Virus record (IMG/VR): IMGVR_UViG_3300044648_000427
Reading direction: 5' to 3' (one strand)
Length of the DNA stretch: 64,000 nucleotides
From: a virus
Positions 40,882 to 53,500 of this stretch are shown in pieces. Made by a program: the position numbers and the translations under genes. The stretch's first letter is position 1. Each line of letters opens with the position of its first letter. The notes beneath the pieces were generated by a model. It did not search any database. It saw only the letters and a list, made by a program, of their open reading frames with translations, and was not told the DNA's origin.

Positions 40882-41454
40882 ATGTCACAAACAGAATATA
40901 CCCAATCAACATGGGACGAAATAACAGCAAATGATAACGATGTTTCGGACGAAGAATACCAACAATCGGTAAAAGGAAACTTACAATTAGCTGAAGAAGA
41001 GCCTAAAGCAAATAGGGGTAATTTACCGGGATTTGTAAAGTTCGCTAAAGGCGAGGAAAAAACTTTGTATTTCCCAAAACGAACTTCAGATGGAAGTATC
41101 AATGCAGGCAAACCTGTATATAAAGTTTACCTTGAGAACTTACCAGACAAGAACAAGAACCTTGTTCACGAGAAATTAGAGGACTTTGACACCGATGAAA
41201 AATATCAAACATATGGAGAAGGAAAAAAGCCCGGTCTTAGATACTATGTAGAAGTTGTAGAATTAACACCACAAGGAAGTCGAAGAGCTACATTTGACAT
41301 GGCTAAAACCAAATACGATCTAGTCTTTAGAGAGTTCCTTACACCAGACCAAAGAATTCTTACAATCAAGATGGGTAAAAATAGTACTGATGCACCAATC
41401 GTTAAATATCCATCAGCAGCTACTTTAAAGGCTTTATTGCCAAAATCCAAATAA
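40882..41454 (+). CDS. Putative ssDNA-binding/replication protein
   Basis: First gene of the replication cluster; acidic N-terminus and OB-like pattern (inference). Confidence 0.4.
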   Translation: MSQTEYTQSTWDEITANDNDVSDEEYQQSVKGNLQLAEEEPKANRGNLPGFVKFAKGEEKTLYFPKRTSDGSINAGKPVYKVYLENLPDKNKNLVHEKLEDFDTDEKYQTYGEGKKPGLRYYVEVVELTPQGSRRATFDMAKTKYDLVFREFLTPDQRILTIKMGKNSTDAPIVKYPSAATLKALLPKSK

Positions 41455-41462
41455 CTTTTTTT

Positions 41463-41792
41463 TTGTTAAATTTATTTGAACATTTAATTAATATTAAAGA
41501 AATTTTTATTGATGATTACGGTGTAGTTAGTTCAAGAAGTAAATACTTAGAACGAGCAAGATACGTACTTTATAGACAAAGAATTTTTGATCCTCCTGCA
41601 AAGTTAAAAATTGATAATTCAGACCTTCCTGAGTTTAAAGATGATGATTTACCTATGTCAACCATAGGAAATCCCGATAAAATTTCTCAATATAAACATT
41701 TATTAATCAGGGAAGCTGTAAAAGATATGTTTATGATGATCAATAAGGAAATTTATAATGAATTTAAAAATATTGAATATGAGGTGGTATGA
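41463..41792 (+). CDS. Hypothetical protein
   Basis: ORF track. Confidence 0.55.
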   Translation: MLNLFEHLINIKEIFIDDYGVVSSRSKYLERARYVLYRQRIFDPPAKLKIDNSDLPEFKDDDLPMSTIGNPDKISQYKHLLIREAVKDMFMMINKEIYNEFKNIEYEVV

Positions 41793-41795
41793 AGT

Positions 41796-43685
41796 TTGGA
41801 TTTATGGGATATTCGACAGCAAAAAGCTGAAGAACGAAAAAAGAGACTTAGGGAACTTGCCGATAAAGTTAAATCGGATCGAATCACTTATATAACCAAC
41901 GTAATACTTAAAGAGGTTCGCAAAGAACACAGACTTGTAATGCAGATATTATATGCATTATTTTCTATTTATACACCAAATCCAATTAATTTAGCGATTA
42001 ACGCCCCAACGGGTGAAGGTAAAACTTATGGATTGAAAAATGTAGCTAAACATTTTCCGGGAGATGACGTAGATCATCTCGGTGGAATGTCGGAAAAAGC
42101 CCTATTTCACCGCAGGGGCGAAGTGGTGGTAAAAGAGGACGAAGATGAATATGCACCAATTGAAAAATATACTGATGAGATACATATAGAACTTGAAGAA
42201 ATTGCCGAAGAAATGAAAGAATCTGATGATAAAGCTGGATTACGTGCAAAGCGTAGAGAATTACAAGAAAAGCTTGAACGTTATGAAGCTGAAGCAATAA
42301 AGCGAATTGATTTACGACAAAAAGCACTTGTTTTTCAAGATACTCCTGATGCAAAATTACTTGAAACCATTATGCCTTTACTTTCTCATGATCAACCTAG
42401 AGTATTTTACGAATTTGTAAGCAAAAATAATAATGGAATTCAAACTACTCAAAATATGATTGAAGGATGGCCAAGTGTTATCTATTGTCAGGCAATTGAT
42501 ATAAGTGCAAGAGAAAGGTGGCCGGAGTTATTACGGCGATTTATAATTTGTAATCCAGAGATGACAAAAGAAAAATATGCTGAAGCAATTGATCAGATTT
42601 ACAAAAGCTCTTATACAGATAATAAATATGAACTTGAAGTTGTAACGAATGAGGAAAAACAAACCGTAAAAGGAATCATATTAGATATTATTGAAACTCT
42701 TAAAGATCATTTTTCAGATAATCGCAGAAACTCCGTAATAATGCCCTTCAGAGATTCAGTTCAATCAAGTTTCAAAACTGATGGAGCTTTTGATGTTGGA
42801 GTGGCAATGAAAACACATGATTTATTAGTATTACTTTCCGTAGTAAACCTTAAGGAAAGACCGTATTTATTAACCAAAGAGGAAAAACGAATTCCTTTTT
42901 GTACTTTTAAAGATTTAGAGGATGCATTATATATCAATGAATTTGTTTTTGGTGGACTTAGACAATATGTTCTACAATGGTATATTAGTGTATTTTATTA
43001 TGAGTGGAATAGAAAAAATATGGACAATGATCTCGATGCGGAACAACGGTCAAGTAATTCAGCTCCAGTTATGGAATCGAAACCTGTAGCAAGAATAGGG
43101 GAATTAGTAAGACGAACCCAAGAAGTGTATGGTGGGGAAAAAGTTGCAGAAAGCGAGATAAAGAAAAAATATCTTAATCCACTCATTAATCATGGTTATA
43201 TCGACGAATTACAATCAGAGGTAAAAAGAGAAAAAGTTTATTATCCAACATCTCATGAAATAGTTACTCGATATGAGGTTAAGGATAATTCCTTAAAATT
43301 AATCAAAAAACTTCAAGTACGTGACCCTTCCAAATATCCAAGTAAACGTTATTTAGCGGCTCAAATAATCGAAGATATGAAAGTAGAACCGGGATGCAGA
43401 ATTTGTGATGTTGATGGTCAAGATATTAGTGTTTCCGATTTGATTGAAAAATATTACACTTCTCCAGAAACACACTTTATGGAATTTACTGATCTAAAAC
43501 CAGAAGATATAGAAAAAATCACCAGTACTAATACACCTGTTACACAGAGATTAACTAATTGGACAAAAGAGAAAAAAGGTTTACAAGAAATTGTTTGTGA
43601 AAATTGTGGAAAAAGCTTTTTAGAGCAAGAGATGAAAGATCATAAAGAATTTGATAATTGTAAACCACGGCAGAAATTATTTTAA
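41796..43685 (+). CDS. AAA+/MCM-like ATPase, putative replicative helicase
   Basis: Walker A APTGEGKT, ELLRRF arginine finger, C-terminal wHTH-like segment (KYLNPLINHGYI) and Zn motif. Confidence 0.65.
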   Translation: MDLWDIRQQKAEERKKRLRELADKVKSDRITYITNVILKEVRKEHRLVMQILYALFSIYTPNPINLAINAPTGEGKTYGLKNVAKHFPGDDVDHLGGMSEKALFHRRGEVVVKEDEDEYAPIEKYTDEIHIELEEIAEEMKESDDKAGLRAKRRELQEKLERYEAEAIKRIDLRQKALVFQDTPDAKLLETIMPLLSHDQPRVFYEFVSKNNNGIQTTQNMIEGWPSVIYCQAIDISARERWPELLRRFIICNPEMTKEKYAEAIDQIYKSSYTDNKYELEVVTNEEKQTVKGIILDIIETLKDHFSDNRRNSVIMPFRDSVQSSFKTDGAFDVGVAMKTHDLLVLLSVVNLKERPYLLTKEEKRIPFCTFKDLEDALYINEFVFGGLRQYVLQWYISVFYYEWNRKNMDNDLDAEQRSSNSAPVMESKPVARIGELVRRTQEVYGGEKVAESEIKKKYLNPLINHGYIDELQSEVKREKVYYPTSHEIVTRYEVKDNSLKLIKKLQVRDPSKYPSKRYLAAQIIEDMKVEPGCRICDVDGQDISVSDLIEKYYTSPETHFMEFTDLKPEDIEKITSTNTPVTQRLTNWTKEKKGLQEIVCENCGKSFLEQEMKDHKEFDNCKPRQKLF

Positions 43686-43718
43686 CATTTATATTACCGA
43701 CTGATCAATATAATACTG

Positions 43719-45605
43719 ATGATAACCGACTTGTTTCCATTTAAGACAATGAGAAATTCTCAACGTAAAGTTCTCGATGAAATTGAGGATGCTTTTCGTT
43801 CAGGATATAGTCAAATTGTTCTAGAAGCTTCAACAGGATTTGGAAAAAGCCCCGTAGCAATTGCGGTAGCAAAGTTCCTAAAATCCTCATACATTTGCAC
43901 TTCGACAATAAATTTACAGGATCAATATCTTAGGGATTTTCCCTTTTTAAAGAAGGTAATTGGAAAAAATAATTTTGATTGTAAAGTCCAACTTGAACGA
44001 AAAGATGCGGGAATGTTTAACTGTGAAAGGTGCGAAACAAATGATCATGAACAATGTAAACATACTACAGTAGATAAAGCTCTTTGCGTGAATAAGCGTT
44101 ATGTTTGTCCATATATGACGAATCGTGCTGATTATGATGAAGGATTTTACAATGATGAAGTACGCTTAAAACCTGAATTAATACAATTAATGGAAAATCC
44201 TAGAGATGTAAATACCCTTGATTGTTCTACAAGTTCCCAGACAAAAATTATGAACTTCTTTGCATGGGATCACTATAAAGAATTTGGAAATAATTGGAGT
44301 CCGTGCAATTATTATCATCAAAAGAATGTTGGTTTATTAAGTCCACACACAATATTCAATTATGCAATATTCAATAAAATGTCACAAGTGAAAAGAAAGA
44401 CAGGTAAACCATATTTAGCCCCCAAAGGTATATTGATTCTTGATGAAGGACATTTATTCGAAAATGAGGTAATTGCTCATAACGGAGAAGAGCTTGAATT
44501 AGGAACAATAATGAATATTACTCATGATCAAATTAGAACAATGCCGGATCAACTTACATTCTCTCAATGGGTGGAATTTCTCAAGAATGTATTAAGTTAC
44601 ACTCAAGTAAATATTGATGAATTACAGAACGAATTTGCTAGACTTGATGCAAGAAGAAAACAATTAAATCAAAGAGAGTTAAAAAGGTTTTACAATCTTC
44701 CTGACATTCTTAGGTATGTAGAGGAAAAATATGAAAAGTTACAAGATTTAACTATTCAAATGGAATTACATCCCGAAAATTGGATAATAGATAGAAATGG
44801 TAATAAGTTAATTATTAAACCTCTAGATATTTCGGCTTATTGTAGGGAATTATATGAAGCAGGGAGTAGATTACTTGTAATGAGTGCTACGATACTGGAT
44901 AAAGATTTGTATTGTAACCAAATTGGATTAAATCCATCAGAAGTAAAATTCATTTCTATTGATAGTGAATTCCCTGTAGAAAACAGGCCAATATTCACAC
45001 CGTATTTAGGAAAATTAAGTCGAGACAATATTGATCTTCCTGCTACGCATCAAGTAATAGCTAATAATTTGAACAAAATTATGGATCAATATACTAATCA
45101 GCGTGGACTAATTCATATGCCTACTAATAAACTTATTGACCAGATACTACCATACCTTAAAGATCGACGACGTATTTACGTAATAAAGTCAATGACGTCA
45201 AGAGAGCGAGCAAGGGCATTAAAGGAATTTGAGGATGATCCAAGAGGTGTATTGATGAGTCCTAGTCTTTATGTTGGACTTGATTTGAAGGATGATTTGA
45301 GTAGGTTTCAAGTAATAGTAAAAATTCCCTATCCCAGCTTAGGAGATAAGTGGATAAAAGCTAAATTCGACCAGAACAAAAAATGGTATACATGGCAAAC
45401 TGTATTAAAGGTAATACAGGGATATGGTAGAAGTATAAGAAGTGTTGATGACTATGCAGATACATACATATTAGATTCAAACTTGGATAATATAATCAGA
45501 TTTTCTTCTTCCATGCTTCCCAAGTCATTTACTGATGCAATCAGATATGGAAAGAATAATCCAAACGCTAAAATAGGCGATAAGGTGAGAATAAAACATG
45601 GATAA
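43719..45605 (+). CDS. XPD/DinG-family SF2 helicase
   Basis: Q motif (RNSQ), EASTGFGKS, DEGH, MSAT, QGYGRSIR, Cys-rich FeS region. Confidence 0.9.
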   Translation: MITDLFPFKTMRNSQRKVLDEIEDAFRSGYSQIVLEASTGFGKSPVAIAVAKFLKSSYICTSTINLQDQYLRDFPFLKKVIGKNNFDCKVQLERKDAGMFNCERCETNDHEQCKHTTVDKALCVNKRYVCPYMTNRADYDEGFYNDEVRLKPELIQLMENPRDVNTLDCSTSSQTKIMNFFAWDHYKEFGNNWSPCNYYHQKNVGLLSPHTIFNYAIFNKMSQVKRKTGKPYLAPKGILILDEGHLFENEVIAHNGEELELGTIMNITHDQIRTMPDQLTFSQWVEFLKNVLSYTQVNIDELQNEFARLDARRKQLNQRELKRFYNLPDILRYVEEKYEKLQDLTIQMELHPENWIIDRNGNKLIIKPLDISAYCRELYEAGSRLLVMSATILDKDLYCNQIGLNPSEVKFISIDSEFPVENRPIFTPYLGKLSRDNIDLPATHQVIANNLNKIMDQYTNQRGLIHMPTNKLIDQILPYLKDRRRIYVIKSMTSRERARALKEFEDDPRGVLMSPSLYVGLDLKDDLSRFQVIVKIPYPSLGDKWIKAKFDQNKKWYTWQTVLKVIQGYGRSIRSVDDYADTYILDSNLDNIIRFSSSMLPKSFTDAIRYGKNNPNAKIGDKVRIKHG

Positions 45606-46399
45606 AAGTGTTATTAAAGTTGGAGGAAATCTTTCAAAAGAGGAGCTTGAGAAATTAGTGGAACAATTAAATATGGGTCATTGGATAGCAACAGATAAGA
45701 ATGTTATTTGGGAAGTAATAGAAGATGAATAAGAGTCTTAAAAAAGAGATATATAATCGGTTAACTTTTTTTAGTGAGCAAAGAGATAAGTGGGAATACG
45801 ATAAATGTACAAAAGATATTTTAAATATAATTAAAAAAAGAATAGAATATGAAATAGATCATACTAGTTTAGGTGATTGTCCAGAATGTTTTGGTGATGG
45901 TTTAAAAAGATTTGGAGAGATGTTAGATGAATCTTAGAGAAGAAATTATTTCATCCTTACAAGATAGTAAATGGTTCATTGCGGGCGGATCATGGGATCA
46001 ACCAGCAGATGATATATTGGAAATATTCGAAAAAAGAATAGATGAACATATTAAAAAGATTGATAGTAAAAGATGTTGCCGATTAGATAATAAACATGCT
46101 GATATCATTGAAGAGTTTAGAGATTTTAAGGAGATGTTAAGTTAATGTCTTATTATTTCGAACCAGAAGAAATACAAAAGGTACTCAATAAATTCAGAGA
46201 AGTATTTGAATACACTGTAAACTTAAATCGTCCCTCCATTACCGTAAAGACTCATAGTAGACTCGCTATTGATATAATGGAAGCAATTAAAACAGATACA
46301 CCATTTTATATTAGTTTTGTTTATGCAAGAGCATCAGAAACACTAGAAATTCTATGTGATCTTGATCATGAAAAGTGGAAAAATGACCAAAAAACTTAA
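45598..46399 (+). CDS. Coupled small ORFs 45598..45732, 45725..45937, 45927..46145, 46145..46399
   Basis: Start/stop overlaps; 45725 and 45927 are paralogues. Confidence 0.6.
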
Positions 46400-46424
46400 A
46401 TATAAATAGTTTAAATAACTATTA

Positions 46425-46880
46425 ATGAAATTTTTTTTATTTATTATGTTAGCAATAGGAATTTATCCTGCTTCCGCTGAACTACAATTAGATGCTGATA
46501 AGGATACATTGTTGCTTGCTGAAAATGAGGGTAATATGACAGTTGATGATTTTGATTTAGCTGGAAAGATAACAAGGGTTATTGATGGAGATACATTAAT
46601 AATTGAATCAGGAGAAAAGATTAGACTTTCAATTGTCAATACACCGGAAAGAGGTCAACAAGGATTCCAAGAAGCCAAACAATTTACTATAGATTTATGT
46701 TTAGGTAAAGAAGCTTTGGTGGATCTTGATGATAAACAGAAGAAATCTTATGATCGTGTTGTAGGAGCTGTATTTTGTGATGGTGGACAATTTCTTAACA
46801 AATTATTAATTGAAAAAGATTTAGCTATTATTTGGGATAAATATTGTCCTAAATCTGAGTTTGAGGAAATTCTTTGTTGA
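46425..46880 (+). CDS. Secreted thermonuclease (SNase family)
   Basis: Signal peptide; RVIDGDTL, IRL..VNTPE, YDR motifs. Confidence 0.9.
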   Translation: MKFFLFIMLAIGIYPASAELQLDADKDTLLLAENEGNMTVDDFDLAGKITRVIDGDTLIIESGEKIRLSIVNTPERGQQGFQEAKQFTIDLCLGKEALVDLDDKQKKSYDRVVGAVFCDGGQFLNKLLIEKDLAIIWDKYCPKSEFEEILC

Positions 46881-46892
46881 GGAGGATGTTAA

Positions 46893-48206
46893 ATGAATAA
46901 TAGAAAAATAAAAATTTGTTGTAAAGGAATGAATCATTTAATTAAAGAAGCGATGCTTGGATTTGATTATTATTCTGATAGTGATAGATTTTGTCTAATA
47001 GAACATAATGCAGCAGATGACGGTGATGGATATATCGATACATGGGAAAATTATGATATTGAAGTAAATTTTTGTCCTATTTGTGGGAAACAAGTTGAAA
47101 AGGAGAAATATAATGAATCTTAGAGAAGAAATCAATCAAGTTCTAACTACTGTAAAAGAGCATGCTTATTTAACTGGAATAACAAAACCTAGAGATTCAG
47201 AGATTGCAAGTATATTTATGGTTATTGAAAAACGAATAGATTCAATCATGCAGAGAGAAATATCCGATTCACACCATTTCGAGATACAACAAGCCAAAAA
47301 TGATGTATCGACTATTGATGCAATAGTTAGAATATGTAGGGAGATTAAGGATGAATTGCGGATATTGTAAAGATAAAATAAATTTAGCCCTTAATGGATT
47401 TTCTGGTATAAAGGAAAAATTCTGTCAGACTTGCTGGAGTAAAATTTATTCTGTATATAAGGGTAATAGAATAGCGAAAGAAGAGCCTGAGATATTAAAT
47501 TGGGTGGTAAAGATAAAAAATGAATAAATCTCAACAAATAACAATCCATTGTGAGGAATGTTCTAGGGATGCAACTGTAACAATAACATATTTGATGAAT
47601 TTAGGTAGATCTGGATGGAATGAATTACTATGTCCATCATGTTTTGCTTTTAAAATGATGACTGAATTACTAACGGAGAAAGAAAAATGAAATGTTGTGA
47701 TTGGTGTTATGAGGATTCCAATGTATTAATTGAAGTACTTAATCAAAAATATTGGGGGCCGAATAATGATTATAAAGAATCATATGAAAAAACAGAATTA
47801 GTTTGTACTAGATGTTTAGTTAAAGATGGGATGAATAATTTATGAAATCTGTTAATGAAATAAATCAAAAAATTGAAGAATTAAGGAAGGAATATCGTGA
47901 AATTGATAATAAATTTCCTTTCATTGAAGAAGATCAAAACAGTTTTTTAATTAACGAACTTCTTTCGGGTATAGCACAACAAATTAGGATTTTACAATGG
48001 GTTATAGAAGAAAAATGATTTTACCTCCCATTTGTAAACATCAACTATATTGTGCAAATAATCATAAATATATGGATTGTCCTCAAAAAGGTTGTATTTG
48101 GGGTCATTGTGAAACTTGCGGTGTATGTTATAACCCGTTATTTGATTGTTCTAAATTACTTGATGAAGAGCTTCCTGAGAGTTTAAAGATGGAAAAGCTT
48201 AAATAA
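46893..48206 (+). CDS. Chain of translationally coupled micro-ORFs: 46893..47123, 47113..47370, 47351..47527, 47520..47690, 47687..47845, 47842..48018, 48015..48206
   Basis: Translated by hand; ATGA overlaps; most carry two CxxC pairs. Confidence 0.6.
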
Positions 48207-48227
48207 TTAAAACTACAAATACAAAGA

Positions 48228-49272
48228 GTGGAAAATCGTAACGTAATATTCATTGAACCTAAGGATTTATTAATTATTCCAAATAAAAATGAATTGATTC
48301 GACAAACTAAAACTTATCGGAAATATGAAAAAGCTGATACTATTGTAATAAATAATGTTCTTTATACAATTACTCTTGAATTCTATGATAATAAATTTCA
48401 TGTAGAAGTCTACAGTTCAAAACTTAAAGGTATGGCATTAGGAGAATATCAACATTTTTGGAATAACTCAGATAATCCTGAAGGTGTAGAACATGATAGA
48501 ACTCTTGCATTAGCAAGATTTATATATGATCAGATAATGTCTGAAGTTATAGAGATTGCAAGAGGAGATGAAGATGAATCATAGTTTTGTTAGATGTCCA
48601 GATTGTTTTATAGAATTTTGCACGGATTGTGGATACAAGAAAGACGTTCTTATTGATTTAGCGAGTGGAGAAAAACTTCCTTAATGAAAGACGATAACTA
48701 TTTCAAAGAACAACGTAAAAAAGAGGACAAATTAAATCTTGGAGAATTACCTGAAATAGTTGAAGATCTCGAAGCAACAAGTATTACATTATTTTTTGAA
48801 GATAAAAAACCAACATCTTTGAATGTAATTATGAAAGGTGGAATAAATAGTCATATGATGTACAAGATACAAAAATTATATAATTTAGATCTAATTACCG
48901 TAAGTCCTGTAGATGAAGAACGTGTAGAGGTTAATTTAAGGTATATAGGATTGTAGTAATCCTTATAAGTTATAAATCTTTCTATTCTAATTCGTGGATG
49001 ACAGTAAATACGTTGAAGCTTTAAAAAAGATAAAACAGGTTAAAGATGAAAATAAAAAGAAAGTAGAGAAGATTCGCAATGTAAATTTAGAGGAAAAGAA
49101 AAAAATAATCAACGCAATTGTTAATATAGAGATAGTGGAAAAGCTTATTAAGGAGGGAACCATATTCGATCCTAACCATAATGGCGGTGAATTGGCCTTC
49201 GTATACCCTGACGGAAATAGACTTGGCCTTATAGACGCTATTAGGGCTTTACGTTCATTATTAAACCAGTAG
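48228..49272 (+). CDS. Hypothetical ORFs 48228..48584, 48574..48684 (Zn finger), 48684..48956, 48994..49272
   Basis: ORF track plus hand translation. Confidence 0.55.
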
Positions 49273-49294
49273 TTTTTTTAATCACCGATTTCCA

Positions 49295-49864
49295 TTGTAT
49301 GAATATTTGAGTAAACCGATCACCCTCAAGAAGCTAAACTATTACCGCTCTTTGGCTTTAGTGAAACGTAAAAAGAACAAGACTACAGCGGCAAATACTC
49401 CTAAAAAGAAGAAGAAAAAAACCCTGCGAGATAGAATGAACGCAGCTTCCCTTGGATTGTTCAATCGCAAAGATAAAGCTGGCAATAGAATATGTAGAAA
49501 TATATTCTGTTCAAGATCCCCAAAAGATGGTTTCTATTGTTCAGTGACTTGTAGGAAAAAATTTTTTACCTATTATGAAAACAATTATATGTGGGCGAAT
49601 GTCAGATTAAAAATATTCAAGCGTGATAGATACACATGCAAGATTTGTAAGACATTTTACCCAATCTGCGAGCTAGAATGTGATCACATTAAACCAATTG
49701 ACTTGATAAAGGAAAACGGTTATAAAGTCCTTAATCTTAGGGCATTTGATGAATATATTTATAGCGAAAAGAATTTAAGAACGTTATGTAAAGAATGTCA
49801 TAAAGATGTTACAAAGGAATTTATGGCCGATAAAAGGCTTAAACTCAAGACCCTAAAATCTTGA
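49295..49864 (+). CDS. HNH endonuclease (HNHc, Zn-binding)
   Basis: RD.YTCKIC...DHIKP...NL.TLCKECH; probable start TTG at 49307, 37 nt after TAGTT. Confidence 0.85.
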   Translation: MYEYLSKPITLKKLNYYRSLALVKRKKNKTTAANTPKKKKKKTLRDRMNAASLGLFNRKDKAGNRICRNIFCSRSPKDGFYCSVTCRKKFFTYYENNYMWANVRLKIFKRDRYTCKICKTFYPICELECDHIKPIDLIKENGYKVLNLRAFDEYIYSEKNLRTLCKECHKDVTKEFMADKRLKLKTLKS

Positions 49865-50219
49865 AAACATTTATAGCCAACTTTCTTATTTGAAATAGGG
49901 GATTTAGTTTAGCCATTTCAGCAATAACGTTTTCTGCGTATAGCGGTCTTACCGTAGCAAGTATAGTATTATAGTTATTTTCATCATCTTGTGTTATTTT
50001 ATATTTTGTTTGTATATGATAATCCCAATTGTAATATACGTAATTTGTAACATTCTTTAAAGAGGTAGCCTTGTATAGTAATTCATAAGTTTCATCTGTA
50101 ACATTAACAATCTCACAAAATTCCTTGTGTTTTTCTACCATATGAGCTTTAAAGTTTTTCAAAATGTAATTATTATTACATACAGGACATAAAGTTTTAC
50201 AAAAATCACCGTTAAGCAT
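49845..50219 (-). CDS. C2H2 Zn-finger protein
   Basis: CPVC...F..HMVEKH. Confidence 0.6.
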   Translation of the reverse strand: MLNGDFCKTLCPVCNNNYILKNFKAHMVEKHKEFCEIVNVTDETYELLYKATSLKNVTNYVYYNWDYHIQTKYKITQDDENNYNTILATVRPLYAENVIAEMAKLNPLFQIRKLAINVFKILGS

Positions 50220-50247
50220 ATAAGTTAGTATCTTGAATCTCTTATTT

Positions 50248-50514
50248 ATGGCTTTCGATGAAGATCCTGATAAAGTTCAAAGAGAACAAATCAATAAAAC
50301 ACTTCAATTTGTGCAAGAACAAGAACGAATAGTTCAAAGGATGAATTATTCCATTAATAAACTTTATTCTATTATGGCTTCTTACCATCCTCCAGACTCA
50401 GACCTGAAACCATTTTTTGATAGATTTGTAGTAATTCATGCTATGCTTAGGGTATTAGTTGCTGATGTTAAATTATACAATGAGCAAAATTACACTGACT
50501 ATATGAATGCATAA
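50248..50514 (+). CDS. Hypothetical protein
   Basis: ORF track; ATG at 50248. Confidence 0.55.
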   Translation: MAFDEDPDKVQREQINKTLQFVQEQERIVQRMNYSINKLYSIMASYHPPDSDLKPFFDRFVVIHAMLRVLVADVKLYNEQNYTDYMNA

Positions 50515-50557
50515 AAAAAACAAAGTTTTTAAGTAGGGGCAACCCTAATGCATACAG

Positions 50558-53500
50558 ATGATTAAGGTTAAAAAACGTAATGGCAGTATTGTTGATTTTA
50601 ATAAAGATAAAATCGTGAGTGCTGTTAACAAAGCTTTGAAAGCAGCTAAAATTGAAGATAGTAAAATTGCTAAAGATGTAGCAATAAGCATTTATGAAAG
50701 CATCGATAAAGAACAGGTTTCAATTGATGAGATTCATGGAATGGTAGAAACCGAACTTATGGAAAAAGGGTTTAGCGATGCAGCAAGATCCTACATACTT
50801 TACAGGTACAAGAAAAAGGAAAAATTTATTAAGGAGAGGCAAGAAAAAAGAAAATTACTCAATATTGAAGGACAATTAGATCCTGTTTCAGAGAAATTTT
50901 CATTAAACTCGTTGCGTGTACTCGAATCACGTTATTTGATTAAGGATGAAAATCTTAAGGTAATTGAAACTCCAACAGCGTTATTTGAACGTATTGCTAC
51001 CCATGTTGGATGTGCGAATATAATGTATGATGAGAAAGTGTTTGATAGGGAAGCTAAACATGAACCAAATACAGGTACAATAAGTGGGTTACTTACATGG
51101 AATAATGATTATTATATAAGAACTCCTGAAGAATATGAAAAAAGTGATTTACATATCGGTAAATATAGACTTAATGGATATAATTTAAAACAATTAGAAC
51201 AACTTTATGGTAAATTATCTAATGAAAATAAGATGAAAGTATCTTTCGATGAAGTTTTAAGAATGGTTGCAGAAGGTGAATTTGACAAATATGAAAAAAC
51301 AATCAAATCTTATTTCGACCTTATGGTAAGCCAAAAATTTATGCCTAACACCCCAACGATCGCCAATGCAGGTAATAAACTTGGTCAACTTTCCGCATGT
51401 TTCGTAATTGACATGAACGATAACATTGAATCTATAATGGATACAGCAAAAGATATGGCAATTATATTCAAATCCGGCGGTGGAGTAGGGATTAATTACG
51501 CTAAACTCCGTGAAGAGGGAGCAACGATTAGCACCACAAGCGGAACTTCTTCAGGGCCTTTAAGTTTTATGAACATAATCAATACAGTTACTGATACAGT
51601 TAAACAAGGTGGTAAAAGGCGTGGGGCAAATATGGGTAGTATGAATTCATCTCATCCTGATATATTAAAATTTATTCATGCCAAAGAAACTCCGGGGATA
51701 TTAGAAAACTTTAATGTATCTGTTGGTATTGATGGTAAATTTTGGGAGTGTTATAAAGAGAATAAGCCATATGAGTTGATTTCTCCAAGTAGCGGAAAGG
51801 TAAAAGCTACAGTTAATCCTCGTGATTTTATGAAAGAAATTTCTAGATCTGCATGGAATAGCAGCGAACCCGGCGTATTATTGTTTGATAATGCAAACAA
51901 ATATAACGTTATGAAGGGATTGAAAGGTGAATTAAATTCGACCAACCCTTGCGGAGAACAATATTTATATCCATATGAAAGTTGCATAGCGAAGAATACA
52001 AGAATATTAACTAAAGATGGATATAAATTTATCCAAGATATAAAACCCGGAGAAGAAATTGCAATAAATAAAAATGGTTATGCTTCATTCTCTACGGTTA
52101 ATACAATTATTAATAATGGAATAAAAAATATTTATGAAATTACTACTCATGAAGGATACACTGTTAAAGCAACAAACAATCATAAATTTTTAACCAAATC
52201 GGGGGAATGGGTTAGATTAGATGAACTCGCCGAAGAAACAGAATTAACAATCTCAGCTAAAGAACCTTATTGTTCAATCCAAACAAATACTGATAACTAC
52301 AAAGAAGATGAAATGATAGGTTGGATTCATGGTGATGGATGGTTTACCGATAAAGTAGTAGGAATCAGTTTCAATGGTAAAGATGGTGATTTTGATGTTA
52401 AACGACGTCTACTCCCGGTATTCCACAAAGTATTTAAAACTGAACATATTAGACCAATGTATGATAGTCCAGATAATTTCCAGCTTCAAACCGAGTCAAG
52501 CGGAGCAAAACAGATTTTAGTTGGTTTAGGTGTTAAATTCGGTAGAGCTGGACAAAGGAGGATTCCTGATTATATATGGGAAACTGATTCAGTAAGACAA
52601 ATAGCATTTTTAAGAGGATTATTTAGTGCAGATGGTTCCATTCAAAATAGATCTAATACTGCTGTACAACTTGCAAGCACTTCTAAGGAATTCTTACTTG
52701 ATGTTCAATTATTATTACTACGATTTGGATTACATTCAACAATTTATACTACAGAGTTTAAAACAACAAAACGTAATCCTCAACATAAATTGGCTTTAAC
52801 CCAAGAAAATGCACGTAGATTTATGGATAGTATAGGATTTTTATCCGAACGAAAGAATTCTATGTTTAATAGAAATCCTCCAAAATATTACAACTCCGAT
52901 AAAAAGACTGTTAGAATAAAAAGTATTGTAGAATGTGGTAAAGAAGAGGTTTATGATATTGAAGTTGCTAATGAACATCAATTCATAGCCAATGGATTTG
53001 TAGTTCATAATTGTAATCTCGGATCTATAAATTTGACGAAATTCGTCAAAAATAAGCTATTTGACTTCGATTCTTTCGGTCAAGTGATTGATATTTGTGT
53101 TGATTTTCTGGATTCCGTAATTGATGTAAATAAATATCCGGTAAATGAAATTGACAAGGAATCATGGAAAACACGAAGAATTGGTTTGGGAGTAATGGGA
53201 TTAGGTGATTTACTCTTTATGCTTGAAATACCATACAATTCTGTAGAATCTTACGCTCTTCAAGAACAAATAGCTCAATTTCTTTCTTATAGATCAATAT
53301 CAAGGAGTATAAAATTAGCTAAACTGAGGGGTTCTTTTCCATATTTTGAACAGACTGAATGTAAACATGGAAAAGTTGATATTGCTGGTGTATGGGAAGG
53401 TGGAATTACTTCAAAAGCTCCAGTTGCTGATTGGCAAGAAGTTAAAGATGATATTCAGAAATATGGTTTAAGAAATGTAAATGTTGATATGGTAGCCCCA

